DNA from: an uncultured virus (IMG/VR IMGVR_UViG_3300028888_000112)
Taxonomy: Duplodnaviria > Heunggongvirae > Uroviricota > Caudoviricetes
IMG/VR virus record: IMGVR_UViG_3300028888_000112
Strand: one strand, 5' to 3'
Length of the DNA: 64,000 nt
The notes beneath the pieces are model-generated. The model did no database searches. It saw only the letters and a list, made by a program, of their open reading frames with translations, and was not told the origin of the DNA. This document shows positions 56,086 through 64,000 of the stretch, in pieces; position 1 is the first letter of the stretch; every line of letters begins with the position of its first letter. The position numbers were made by a program, and so were the translations under genes.

Positions 56086-57040
56086 TGTCGGGTTTATTGG
56101 TTACCATCTTTGCACGCGGCTTGCGGCGGACGGACATGAGGTTGTCGGGTTAGACAACTTTAGCGACTACTACGACGTTTCCTTAAAGGAGGACAGATTG
56201 GCGAACCTGCTGCGGCTGAGCAACTTCCGCTTTTATCGGGCGGACATAACGGATGCGCACGCCTTGGAGAAGGTTTTTGTTTACGGCTTTGACGCTGTTG
56301 TGCATCTTGCTGCGCAGGCGGGGGTGCGCTACTCGCTTGAGAATCCGTCCGCATACATGCAGACAAACGTAGTAGGGTTCTTTAACATTCTCGAGTGCTG
56401 CAGACAGTACGGCGTAGAACGCCTTTTATTTGCCTCGTCAAGCAGTGTTTACGGAAATAAGGACGGTTGTCGCTCAAGCGTGGAAAGCAACGACACAAGC
56501 CGCCCTTTATCGCCGTATGCGGCAACAAAGAAGATGGACGAGGTGCTTGCCTACTCTTACGCTCAAAACTACGGACTTAAGACGACGGGGCTGCGATTTT
56601 TCACGGTATACGGCGAGATGGGACGACCTGATATGGCTTGCTACAAGTTCGCGGAGTGCTTAAGGCAAGGCAGACCTGTCACCTTATACAACGGCGGGGA
56701 CATGTACCGCGACTTTACCTACGTTGGGGACGCTGTTGAGTGTGTCGTCCGCATACTACCCCTAAGCAGTCCGCAGTCGGTTTACAATATAGGCGGCGGC
56801 AAACCCGTCTACCTGCTCGACTTTGTCGACGAGTTAAGAAAGCAGATGGAGGCTGCGGGGCTTATTCCCAAAGACAAGTACGCCTACGACCTGCTCCCGA
56901 TGCAGAAGGGCGACGTATATAAGACGTTCGCCAACACAGCGGCTTTAAAGAGGGACATCGGATATATCCCCAACACCACCCTAAAAAGCGGACTGAAGGC
57001 TTTTGTACGATGGTACAAAGAAAAAAGTTTAAATAGATAA
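56063..57040 (+). CDS. NAD-dependent epimerase (UDP-glucuronate 4-epimerase-like)
   Basis: ILVTGSVGFIG, HLAAQAGVRYSLENP, ASSSSVYG, YAATK, GRPDMA, RDFTY. Confidence 0.9.
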   Translation: MRILVTGSVGFIGYHLCTRLAADGHEVVGLDNFSDYYDVSLKEDRLANLLRLSNFRFYRADITDAHALEKVFVYGFDAVVHLAAQAGVRYSLENPSAYMQTNVVGFFNILECCRQYGVERLLFASSSSVYGNKDGCRSSVESNDTSRPLSPYAATKKMDEVLAYSYAQNYGLKTTGLRFFTVYGEMGRPDMACYKFAECLRQGRPVTLYNGGDMYRDFTYVGDAVECVVRILPLSSPQSVYNIGGGKPVYLLDFVDELRKQMEAAGLIPKDKYAYDLLPMQKGDVYKTFANTAALKRDIGYIPNTTLKSGLKAFVRWYKEKSLNR

Positions 57041-57105
57041 TACTTTTTTATTGCATATAACAAAACTTTTATTACTTTTGTTATCATATTTAAAATAACA
57101 ACGAT

Positions 57106-57321
57106 ATGAGAACAAGAGTTTTAAGGTTTTTATTGGCTGCGATAATGACCTTGTTGGCTTGCGAAGCGCAAGCCTGCAGAAGCGCAGAGGTGGGCAAGCC
57201 CGTTTGGAGTGAGAGAAACAAAGCGTTTAAAAAGCTGTCGAAAAAGAAACGGCAGAGGTGCAAGACCTGCGTTGTTTTCAAAGAAGCTAAAAAGGCTAAA
57301 AAAAGTGGGTACAAAAATTAG
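57106..57321 (+). CDS. small basic protein with signal-like N-terminus
   Basis: 71-aa ORF after TACTTTTG. Confidence 0.5.
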   Translation: MRTRVLRFLLAAIMTLLACEAQACRSAEVGKPVWSERNKAFKKLSKKKRQRCKTCVVFKEAKKAKKSGYKN

Positions 57322-57339
57322 GATTTAATAAAAATATAT

Positions 57340-57376
57340 TATTTTTGTGCCAATGCAGATAACTGCAGAAACACGT
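57340..57376 (+). promoter_or_regulatory. Bacteroidota-type -7 promoter with conserved leader hairpin
   Basis: TATTTTTG plus 26 bp identical to 2185-2210. Confidence 0.65.
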
Positions 57377-57390
57377 AAAAGGAAAGAGTT

Positions 57391-57660
57391 ATGAAAAGGT
57401 ATTTTTTCGAATTGTACCCCATTTGGAACTTCACGCCGAAGTCCCTGCCTGATGGGTGGTACTTTGCCGAGAGCGCGGAGTACGGATCTTTGATAGAATG
57501 CGAGCTTGCTGCGGTGCAGAAGGCGCAGGAGTTTTTCAAAGAGAAGTTTGTGGAGTTTGACGGGGCGATGGGCGACGTCAGCATTGAGCTTTTCTCGGTG
57601 TACCGCACCAAGGTTGTGAAAAACGAAAAGAATCTAACATTAAAAACATGCGGAATATGA
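57391..57660 (+). CDS. hypothetical protein
   Basis: 89-aa ORF. Confidence 0.6.
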   Translation: MKRYFFELYPIWNFTPKSLPDGWYFAESAEYGSLIECELAAVQKAQEFFKEKFVEFDGAMGDVSIELFSVYRTKVVKNEKNLTLKTCGI

Positions 57661-58313
57661 GCAAGACGGTAGCATTTGACTTAAGGTACAAGGATGCTAT
57701 TGAGTCGGGAGAGGCGGTTGTAACCACCCGTAACGGGAACAGTGTGGATATTATAAATTGGGAGTGGTCGGTGGACTTCCCCATTCTTGTAAAAAATCAC
57801 AAGCAGCTGCATGAGCCGCAGTTGTACAACGCAAACGGCAAGAAGAGGGAGTTTTATCAAAACTACACGCAGCCGAGGAGCACTGATTTGGTAGTGGTCT
57901 TTAACAAACCAACGGCGAGCGTGCCGACGGACATCAAGTTGGACGTAGGCTTGGTGCTGTGGACTAACGCGGATATGTCGGACGAGCTGGCAACAAGCAA
58001 CCGACTGCTTGGTTACCAAAAGTTAAGCGAGCCTGTTCCGCTTACGTGGAGCATTAGCGATTTTGCGACAAAAGAAACGTGCCAACGGCTTTCGAATATA
58101 CTAAAGAACTCAAGCTGTTACTTCAAGTCGTACTCGGAGGAGCTTGAGGATTGGGCGCAGCTTGACACGGTTTGTCTGAGGCGAAACTTGAAGGCGGACT
58201 GCATGTTCTTTGAGCGCAGACACAAGGACGTGCCATATATTGCGAGTCTGTACCTCCTTGTGCGGAACAGCAGCAATGACATAATATTAACGCAACGCAT
58301 AATAGTAGAGTAG
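57657..58313 (+). CDS. hypothetical protein
   Basis: Likely start MSKTVAFD. Confidence 0.65.
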   Translation: MSKTVAFDLRYKDAIESGEAVVTTRNGNSVDIINWEWSVDFPILVKNHKQLHEPQLYNANGKKREFYQNYTQPRSTDLVVVFNKPTASVPTDIKLDVGLVLWTNADMSDELATSNRLLGYQKLSEPVPLTWSISDFATKETCQRLSNILKNSSCYFKSYSEELEDWAQLDTVCLRRNLKADCMFFERRHKDVPYIASLYLLVRNSSNDIILTQRIIVE

Positions 58314-58315
58314 CC

Positions 58316-58573
58316 ATGAGTAACGAGGACATTGTAAAAACTGTGTGTGAGGTAGTAAAGGAGAAGCTCCTCAGCTTTAAAGCCATTGTAACTGTTGCCG
58401 AGCGCACGGCGCAGGCAACCATTCAGGCTAAGGACGAGATTTTCGACGCGCAGATCGACTACGTGTTGAAGACGCTCGACGACAACAAGTACGACTACAA
58501 CAGCCATGCGCGGGCAGCCTTCGGGATTTTTGCAAAAAAGCTGAAGGAGCGGATGAGAATAATAAACAGTTAA
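58316..58573 (+). CDS. hypothetical protein, paralog of 58587-58790
   Basis: YN.HAR..F.IFAK.LKE shared. Confidence 0.65.
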   Translation: MSNEDIVKTVCEVVKEKLLSFKAIVTVAERTAQATIQAKDEIFDAQIDYVLKTLDDNKYDYNSHARAAFGIFAKKLKERMRIINS

Positions 58574-58586
58574 AATACAAACGACT

Positions 58587-58790
58587 ATGAGCAATGGGGA
58601 AATTTTAAATTTGGTAAAGGATGAGTTTAGTATTGTCGACGTTATTGGCAGTACAATCCTTCGCATAAAGGACGAGGACACAAAGGCGCGGATCGATGAT
58701 CTGCTGCGGTATATGGACTGCGAGGCTTACAACGAGCACGCCCGTGAGGGGTTTAGAATTTTTGCAAAAAGGCTAAAGGAGATATTGTAA
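58587..58790 (+). CDS. hypothetical protein, paralog of 58316-58573
   Basis: YN.HAR..F.IFAK.LKE shared. Confidence 0.65.
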   Translation: MSNGEILNLVKDEFSIVDVIGSTILRIKDEDTKARIDDLLRYMDCEAYNEHAREGFRIFAKRLKEIL

Positions 58791-58829
58791 TAATAAACCT
58801 TTAGTTATATTTGCGCAAACAAATATTGA

Positions 58830-59144
58830 ATGACTATGTGGAACGAGGTTAAGAACCGCACAAGGCGTGCCTTGGTGGAGCGCAGACTGCGCAAGAGTAT
58901 AGCGGACAGCATTTTATCGCAGAACAAGCTGACAGTCGGCAACCTAAACGACTACGCCAACCTTGCGATGCGGTTGAGCGACACGGACGCTGACGCTTTT
59001 CAAAATTGGGCGGACGAGTCTTTCGCAAACGAGGAGGGCACGGTCTTTGACGTGGTGATAACCACCAAGGACAACGCGGATGAGAGCGCGGACTACGTGT
59101 ACAACTCCAACGGAGGGTTTGCCGCCAACTTCTACAAACAGTAA
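58830..59144 (+). CDS. hypothetical protein with basic leader ending SIAD
   Basis: RRLRKSIAD-S followed by acidic body. Confidence 0.65.
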   Translation: MTMWNEVKNRTRRALVERRLRKSIADSILSQNKLTVGNLNDYANLAMRLSDTDADAFQNWADESFANEEGTVFDVVITTKDNADESADYVYNSNGGFAANFYKQ

Positions 59145-59156
59145 ACAAGCAAGACA

Positions 59157-59540
59157 ATGACAACAACAACAACAAACGTAAACGAGGTGGAAGCCATTCG
59201 GCATATTGCCGCGCAAAAGGATAACCACTTGGATGAGCTTTACAACACCATGCTTGCGATGACGGATGTGCTTGAGGACATGGAGCTCCCGCTGAGCAAG
59301 AAGAACGAAACGATCCTAAACGTGGAGTACTTGGTGGTGCGCATCCGCTTTCTTATTAACGACGAGGTTAAGCGCATAGACCGTGCCCTGCAGACGGACG
59401 AGGTCAAGGGCAAGCTTGCGGTAAAGACCGAGTTTACAAAGCGCAAGCAGTACCTGCTTGGACTTGTAGCAAGACTGAATGAGATTAGAGAGGATATGAA
59501 TACGTTGTCAAGAAGTTATTACAATTTGAAATTTTCGTGA
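59157..59540 (+). CDS. hypothetical coiled-coil protein
   Basis: 127-aa ORF. Confidence 0.65.
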   Translation: MTTTTTNVNEVEAIRHIAAQKDNHLDELYNTMLAMTDVLEDMELPLSKKNETILNVEYLVVRIRFLINDEVKRIDRALQTDEVKGKLAVKTEFTKRKQYLLGLVARLNEIREDMNTLSRSYYNLKFS

Positions 59541-59580
59541 TTTTTTAATTTTATGTTTAATTTTTCTAATTTTTTGTACT

Positions 59581-60357
59581 ATGGGACAATTGATTGAGTA
59601 TGGACAGAAAGTCCAAAAAGTGGGCATAGAGCGTTTCGACTGTGCCCAAGGAGTAACCGTTAAGGCTGCGCTGCTTAACTACAAGCAGCCGTATGCGAGA
59701 AACATTGCGTATGACGAGGTTAACCGTTGCTTTGTTGAGTGCGACAGAGCGATGGCGTTGAAGTACGGCTTAAACCCGTCTCCACGTTATTACTTTTTGG
59801 TAGCCGCGTTTGCGACTGATCTAAACGGCAACGTTATCGGCGACAAAGAGGTCAAGGTAACGTATATGCAGATGAAGAATCAGCAGTACGAGCACTTCCT
59901 TGCAGCAAGTAACAACTTGGGTGGATGGGATGGTTTGGTAACACTCACCAAGGTTGCGAAGAAGGGAGAGGGCGGCAAGGACTTCTCTTATGTGGAGGCG
60001 ATGCCCGCGTCTTCGCAGGCGGACGGCTTTAAAACCATTTCACAGACGCTGCGTGACCGTATCAACAAGCTCGCTACCGACGAGGAGCTGCTCAAGGTAT
60101 CGATTCACATGATTGACGCGGTGACAGGCTTGTACGAGGATAAGTACTTGGAGCGCATTGCGCAGAATAAGCAAAACGCCGCACAAACGGCTTCAGTGCC
60201 ACGGTCTGCGCCGCAGCAGTCGATTAGTCAACCTGCACCACAGCAAGCGGCACAGCAGCCTAAAACGGCGGCAATACCGCAGACGGCACAACCGACTGCC
60301 GCCGCACCAAGTGATGACATAACACCTATTAACGGGGATGATCTGCCTTTTAATTAA
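59581..60357 (+). CDS. putative single-stranded DNA-binding protein
   Basis: Gln/Pro/Ala linker and DDLPF tail; near recA. Confidence 0.55.
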   Translation: MGQLIEYGQKVQKVGIERFDCAQGVTVKAALLNYKQPYARNIAYDEVNRCFVECDRAMALKYGLNPSPRYYFLVAAFATDLNGNVIGDKEVKVTYMQMKNQQYEHFLAASNNLGGWDGLVTLTKVAKKGEGGKDFSYVEAMPASSQADGFKTISQTLRDRINKLATDEELLKVSIHMIDAVTGLYEDKYLERIAQNKQNAAQTASVPRSAPQQSISQPAPQQAAQQPKTAAIPQTAQPTAAAPSDDITPINGDDLPFN

Positions 60358-60408
60358 GACCTAAGCAAGTCTTGAAACTACTTTAATATTTCTAAATCAA
60401 GTAGTGTC

Positions 60409-60891
60409 ATGTACATACCATCAAAAAAGGTAGTTAACGAGTACGGCAAGTTCGACTCGGAGGGGGAGTGGGAGTGCTTTAAGCAAAAGATACTGCCCAT
60501 GTCCGATGCGGGTTGGATTGACGGACTCGACCGTCAGGTGAGTTTTGAGATTATACCAAAGTTGACTATAAAAGTACCTGTCGTTCTTAAAACGAAGATA
60601 AAGGTTGTAGAGCGCGTGTTGGAGAGAGCCGCAGAGTACACCTGCGACTTTTTCTACCACGACAAGCGGGACGACACGACGCATATAGTTGAGTTTAAGT
60701 CTCGGTACTCAAGCACCGCCCGCGACTACCCGCTAAGGCGCAAGCTGATCAAGCGGTTAATATGCGAGTGGAACGAGAAGGAGGGGCGGACGAAGTACGT
60801 TTTTGATGAGTACAAGGACACCGACTTGGTAAAGGAAAAGAAAGTACGAACCAAAAAAACAAAGAGTTATGGCAAAAAAGGAAAAAGTTAG
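60409..60891 (+). CDS. PD-(D/E)xK nuclease (DUF1064-like)
   Basis: FDS..E, RQV.F, YTCDFFY, IVEFKS. Confidence 0.7.
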   Translation: MYIPSKKVVNEYGKFDSEGEWECFKQKILPMSDAGWIDGLDRQVSFEIIPKLTIKVPVVLKTKIKVVERVLERAAEYTCDFFYHDKRDDTTHIVEFKSRYSSTARDYPLRRKLIKRLICEWNEKEGRTKYVFDEYKDTDLVKEKKVRTKKTKSYGKKGKS

Positions 60892-61822
60892 TATAATGGA
60901 CGAGTACGCAAGCGACAGACCGTTGGTTATGCACTCTACAGGCATTAAGGCTTTAGACGATATCAGCGGCGGCGGCTTGATGGAGGGCGCGTTGTACGCC
61001 TTTTGGGGAGAGCCTGGGACTGGCAAGTCCTCGCTGTGTGCGCAGATAGCGAAGAAGTTTTGTGACGACGGTTTCCGTGTCGCGTATATTGACTCGGAGA
61101 AGTCGCTCAACGACGTGCAGAAGGAGATCTACGGTCTTACCGAGTACTGCAAGGACACCGAGGCTAAGGGTGACCGTCTGCTGCGACATTTGAACACGGT
61201 TGAAACCTTTAAAAGGTGCGACAGCTGTGTTAAGGATCTTGTTGAGGAGGGAATCACCAAGCTTATTATCATCGACTCGGACTCGGAGCTTTTAGCCCGC
61301 AACGTCGAGGAGATGGACGTTGAGTCAAAGGTGATCGGCGAGCACGCAAGGCAGTCGCAGATTATGCTTAACAACTTGAAGGTGCTCGTGCACGAAAACA
61401 ACCTGATCGCGATTGTGCTTTTCCAAGCGCGTGCGAACATACAGACGTTTGCGGCGTACGGTGCGCCCGACAAGAAGCAGGCGGGCGGTTTTAGCGGAAA
61501 GCACATCCCCGACGCCATTATGAAAGTGGGCAAGGGAGCTACGTTAAAGGATAACGACAACAAGCCGATAGGTCACATAATGAAGCTGACGTTTGAGAAA
61601 AACAAGATTTACAAGCCCGAGTCGACGGAGGTGCAGTTCTTGTACGGTTACGGCGTAGCTATCAAGATTGGCGCAATTGACGCGGCTATAGAGCGTGGCT
61701 TAATCGAGAAGAGCGGCAACAGCTATCTGCTTGGGAACGGCAGCAAGTACGTCGGCAAGAAGGCGTTGTACGATATGAGCGACGAGGATTTTGAGTATTT
61801 GGACAGCATTTTAAGCGAATAA
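60869..61822 (+). CDS. recA: RecA/UvsX-like recombinase
   Basis: STGI..LD, GEPGTGKS, YIDSE, IIIDS, KNK. Confidence 0.9.
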   Translation: MAKKEKVSIMDEYASDRPLVMHSTGIKALDDISGGGLMEGALYAFWGEPGTGKSSLCAQIAKKFCDDGFRVAYIDSEKSLNDVQKEIYGLTEYCKDTEAKGDRLLRHLNTVETFKRCDSCVKDLVEEGITKLIIIDSDSELLARNVEEMDVESKVIGEHARQSQIMLNNLKVLVHENNLIAIVLFQARANIQTFAAYGAPDKKQAGGFSGKHIPDAIMKVGKGATLKDNDNKPIGHIMKLTFEKNKIYKPESTEVQFLYGYGVAIKIGAIDAAIERGLIEKSGNSYLLGNGSKYVGKKALYDMSDEDFEYLDSILSE

Positions 61823-61826
61823 CACT

Positions 61827-62258
61827 ATGGCAAAGAAAAAGTTTTTTGAATCGGACGATCAGATTGTTAAGCTGATCACCGAGCGTGCAGTGGTTAACGG
61901 CTTGACCGAGTGCGGGGTAAACGTACAGGTTATGTCGACCACAAAGCAGAAAGAGGTAATCAAGGTGGGTAAGGCATCCGATCCCACGGAGTTTCTAACC
62001 AAGACAGACAACGCGGTGCAGCTTTTTGTATACGAGGAGGTCTTTTTGGAGCTTGACGAGGAGTTGCAGAAGTTCTTGGTTGAGTTTGCCTTTGACGGGG
62101 TTTACTACGACTCCGACAAGGATCGCGTGATGCTTGAGAAGAACCCGTACGTTCCGCTCTTTGACTTGCGCCGCAAGTACGGGGAGCGTGCGGACGAGCT
62201 GCTTGAGGCTGCTTACCTTGCGGTAAAGCAGAAGGCTGACAAAAACAACGAAGAGTAA
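61827..62258 (+). CDS. hypothetical protein
   Basis: 143-aa ORF. Confidence 0.7.
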   Translation: MAKKKFFESDDQIVKLITERAVVNGLTECGVNVQVMSTTKQKEVIKVGKASDPTEFLTKTDNAVQLFVYEEVFLELDEELQKFLVEFAFDGVYYDSDKDRVMLEKNPYVPLFDLRRKYGERADELLEAAYLAVKQKADKNNEE

Positions 62259-62272
62259 GGATGGCTTGAGTT

Positions 62273-62536
62273 ATGGCAGAAAACGCAAACAAACCGAAGA
62301 CCGAACCCGTTGATCCGATGAAGGAGATGGTTGAGGAGGCTATCGCGCAGATAGCCGACGGGTACGACAGCCCCGCGATCAGGGCTGCGTTGGAGAAGTT
62401 TTGGAAGGAGTACCTTAAGGCGACGTTTGACGACCTGAGAGGTAAGCAGGACGCTTTGGTGTCGCTGATCGCCTTGGTTGGCAGTCAGGACAACCGCATC
62501 ATGAGGTTGCTTAACTTTATACTTGCGGGCAAGTAG
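62273..62536 (+). CDS. hypothetical protein
   Basis: 87-aa ORF. Confidence 0.65.
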   Translation: MAENANKPKTEPVDPMKEMVEEAIAQIADGYDSPAIRAALEKFWKEYLKATFDDLRGKQDALVSLIALVGSQDNRIMRLLNFILAGK

Positions 62537-62566
62537 ACAGAGATTCTTTCGTCTTGGTTTTATAGG

Positions 62567-62604
62567 AAGAGCGGACATTTATTTTAAGGGTGTCCGCTCT
62601 TTTT
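62567..62604 (+). terminator. intrinsic terminator
   Basis: AAGAGCGGACATTT/GGGTGTCCGCTCTT plus T run. Confidence 0.75.
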
Positions 62605-62643
62605 ATATATTAGAATGTATGTTTGTCTTTTAAACAGAGTATT

Positions 62644-64000
62644 ATGACAGAGAATCGCAGAAAGGTGCAGCTGCACAAGAAGGGTGATCAGTCGGATCAG
62701 TGGATTCCGCTTACCGTAGGTAGCTGTGTTCACCTAACGGACTATAAAAACGATCCAAACGTAACGGGGGCTATAACAAACGCGGTGGATGCCGTAAACG
62801 AGAACGAGTACGACGACTTGAACACGGCGTTGATGAAGCTTGAGAACAGACCTGACTTTGTGGGTGCTACTTCGTCGGAGGACGGTGAGCGCGGCTTAGT
62901 GCCTGCGCCTCTTAAGGCGGACGCGGAGAAGTTCCTTAAGGGGGACGGCACGTGGTCGACGGTTGAGGGTTCGGAGATTGGCGACGGTGAGGTTACGATC
63001 ACGGTAAACGGCACGCCGTACGTGTTTACGATGAACCAAAGCGCAAATCTGCAGATAGATATTAACATTCCCCAAAACCCTGTTATCTTCCAAGGCACGG
63101 TGGATCGCACGGGCATAAACGGCACGTCAACGCCTCTTCCTGCTGCGGGTGCTACAAACAACGGGCACGAGTACAAAGTGACGGAGGACGGCACTTATCA
63201 GGGCGTGTCGGCAAAGGTAGGCGACACGCTTATAAGCAACGGGGTGGCGTGGGTTAAGATTCCGAGCGGTGACGAGCCGAGCGGTACTGTGCTGTCGGTT
63301 GCGGCGGGCACAGGCTTGCAGACAAACCTTACAAACGGCGCGCCCATAACGGAGAGCGGGGAGCTGTCGCTTGTGAGCGTTAACCTTTCGGGGGCGACTG
63401 TTGGCAACAACACAAACACGACACCGCAGTTTGGTGACACGTTTGTGATTCCCAAGTTTACGTACGACGAGTACGGCAGGGTGACGACGGTGTCGGATGT
63501 TACGATGACGCTGCCGAGTGCGCAGTCGTACTCGTTAGCACCTGCGACGACGAGCACCCTTGGTGGTGTTATTATCAGCACGGGGTTAAGCGTTCAGTCG
63601 GACGGCACGCTAACGGTAAACGCGGCGAGCAACGGCACGCTTGGTGGTGTCAAGCTTGGGTACGTAAGGCAGTCGGGGGTTGCGGCGGACGAGCGCAAGT
63701 ACGCGGTTGAGGTTGACGGCAACGGCAAGGCGTACGTGGACGTGCCGTGGGTGGAGTACACGAACGCTTCTGCGGCATCGGGCGACACTACGCTGTCGCT
63801 TGTTACGACGGGCGACAAGTACGTTTGGAATAACAAGCCCGATATAGGCAGCGGTGCGACGGATGCCGCGGCAGGCAACCATACGCACGCCGTTAGCATT
63901 GGTACGGATAGCGGTGCTACGGTGGGCATAAACCTCGCGTTTGGCTCACAGTATAAAATAACCGCAGGTGGTGAGTCGTTTGTGTTTACAACGCCGCAAG
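62644..64000 (+). CDS. tail fibre protein (partial, runs off window)
   Basis: Open frame from MTENRRK; GLVPAP...FLKGDGTW, PATTSTLGGV, AAGNHTH motifs. Confidence 0.8.
   Translation, partial: MTENRRKVQLHKKGDQSDQWIPLTVGSCVHLTDYKNDPNVTGAITNAVDAVNENEYDDLNTALMKLENRPDFVGATSSEDGERGLVPAPLKADAEKFLKGDGTWSTVEGSEIGDGEVTITVNGTPYVFTMNQSANLQIDINIPQNPVIFQGTVDRTGINGTSTPLPAAGATNNGHEYKVTEDGTYQGVSAKVGDTLISNGVAWVKIPSGDEPSGTVLSVAAGTGLQTNLTNGAPITESGELSLVSVNLSGATVGNNTNTTPQFGDTFVIPKFTYDEYGRVTTVSDVTMTLPSAQSYSLAPATTSTLGGVIISTGLSVQSDGTLTVNAASNGTLGGVKLGYVRQSGVAADERKYAVEVDGNGKAYVDVPWVEYTNASAASGDTTLSLVTTGDKYVWNNKPDIGSGATDAAAGNHTHAVSIGTDSGATVGINLAFGSQYKITAGGESFVFTTPQ

Overview
A 64-kb segment of a large, lytic-looking tailed phage genome (genes almost all on the + strand, standard code). 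Bacteroidota-type TAnnTTTG promoters and A-rich leaders lacking Shine-Dalgarno sites suggest a Bacteroidales host. It holds a T4-like head module (terminase, gp20-like portal, gp21-like prohead protease, gp23-like major capsid protein) and replication genes (intein-containing PolA, bacterial-type beta clamp, split primase, RecA, SSB-like protein). It also has a gp55-like sigma candidate, an RNA ligase, two DNA methyltransferases (one disrupted), a solo TnpB element, dispersed lysis genes, a fibre gene cluster and a glycosyltransferase/epimerase pair. The most striking unexplained structure is a recurrent [RK]-[IV]-x-D peptide motif. It sits at the predicted maturation site of the capsid protein and at both ends of the protease. 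It closes a shared MNL[KR] N-terminal leader on nine otherwise unrelated proteins, and doubled (D-S-x-[KR]-[IV]-K-D) it splits a 776-aa protein into eight segments. I infer an Asp-specific head-processing system that loads a variable set of cargo proteins, including a polyprotein, into the capsid; several cargo genes sit in a cassette-like array sharing a ~40-bp intergenic element. All functional calls come from motif recognition by eye; no searches were run.
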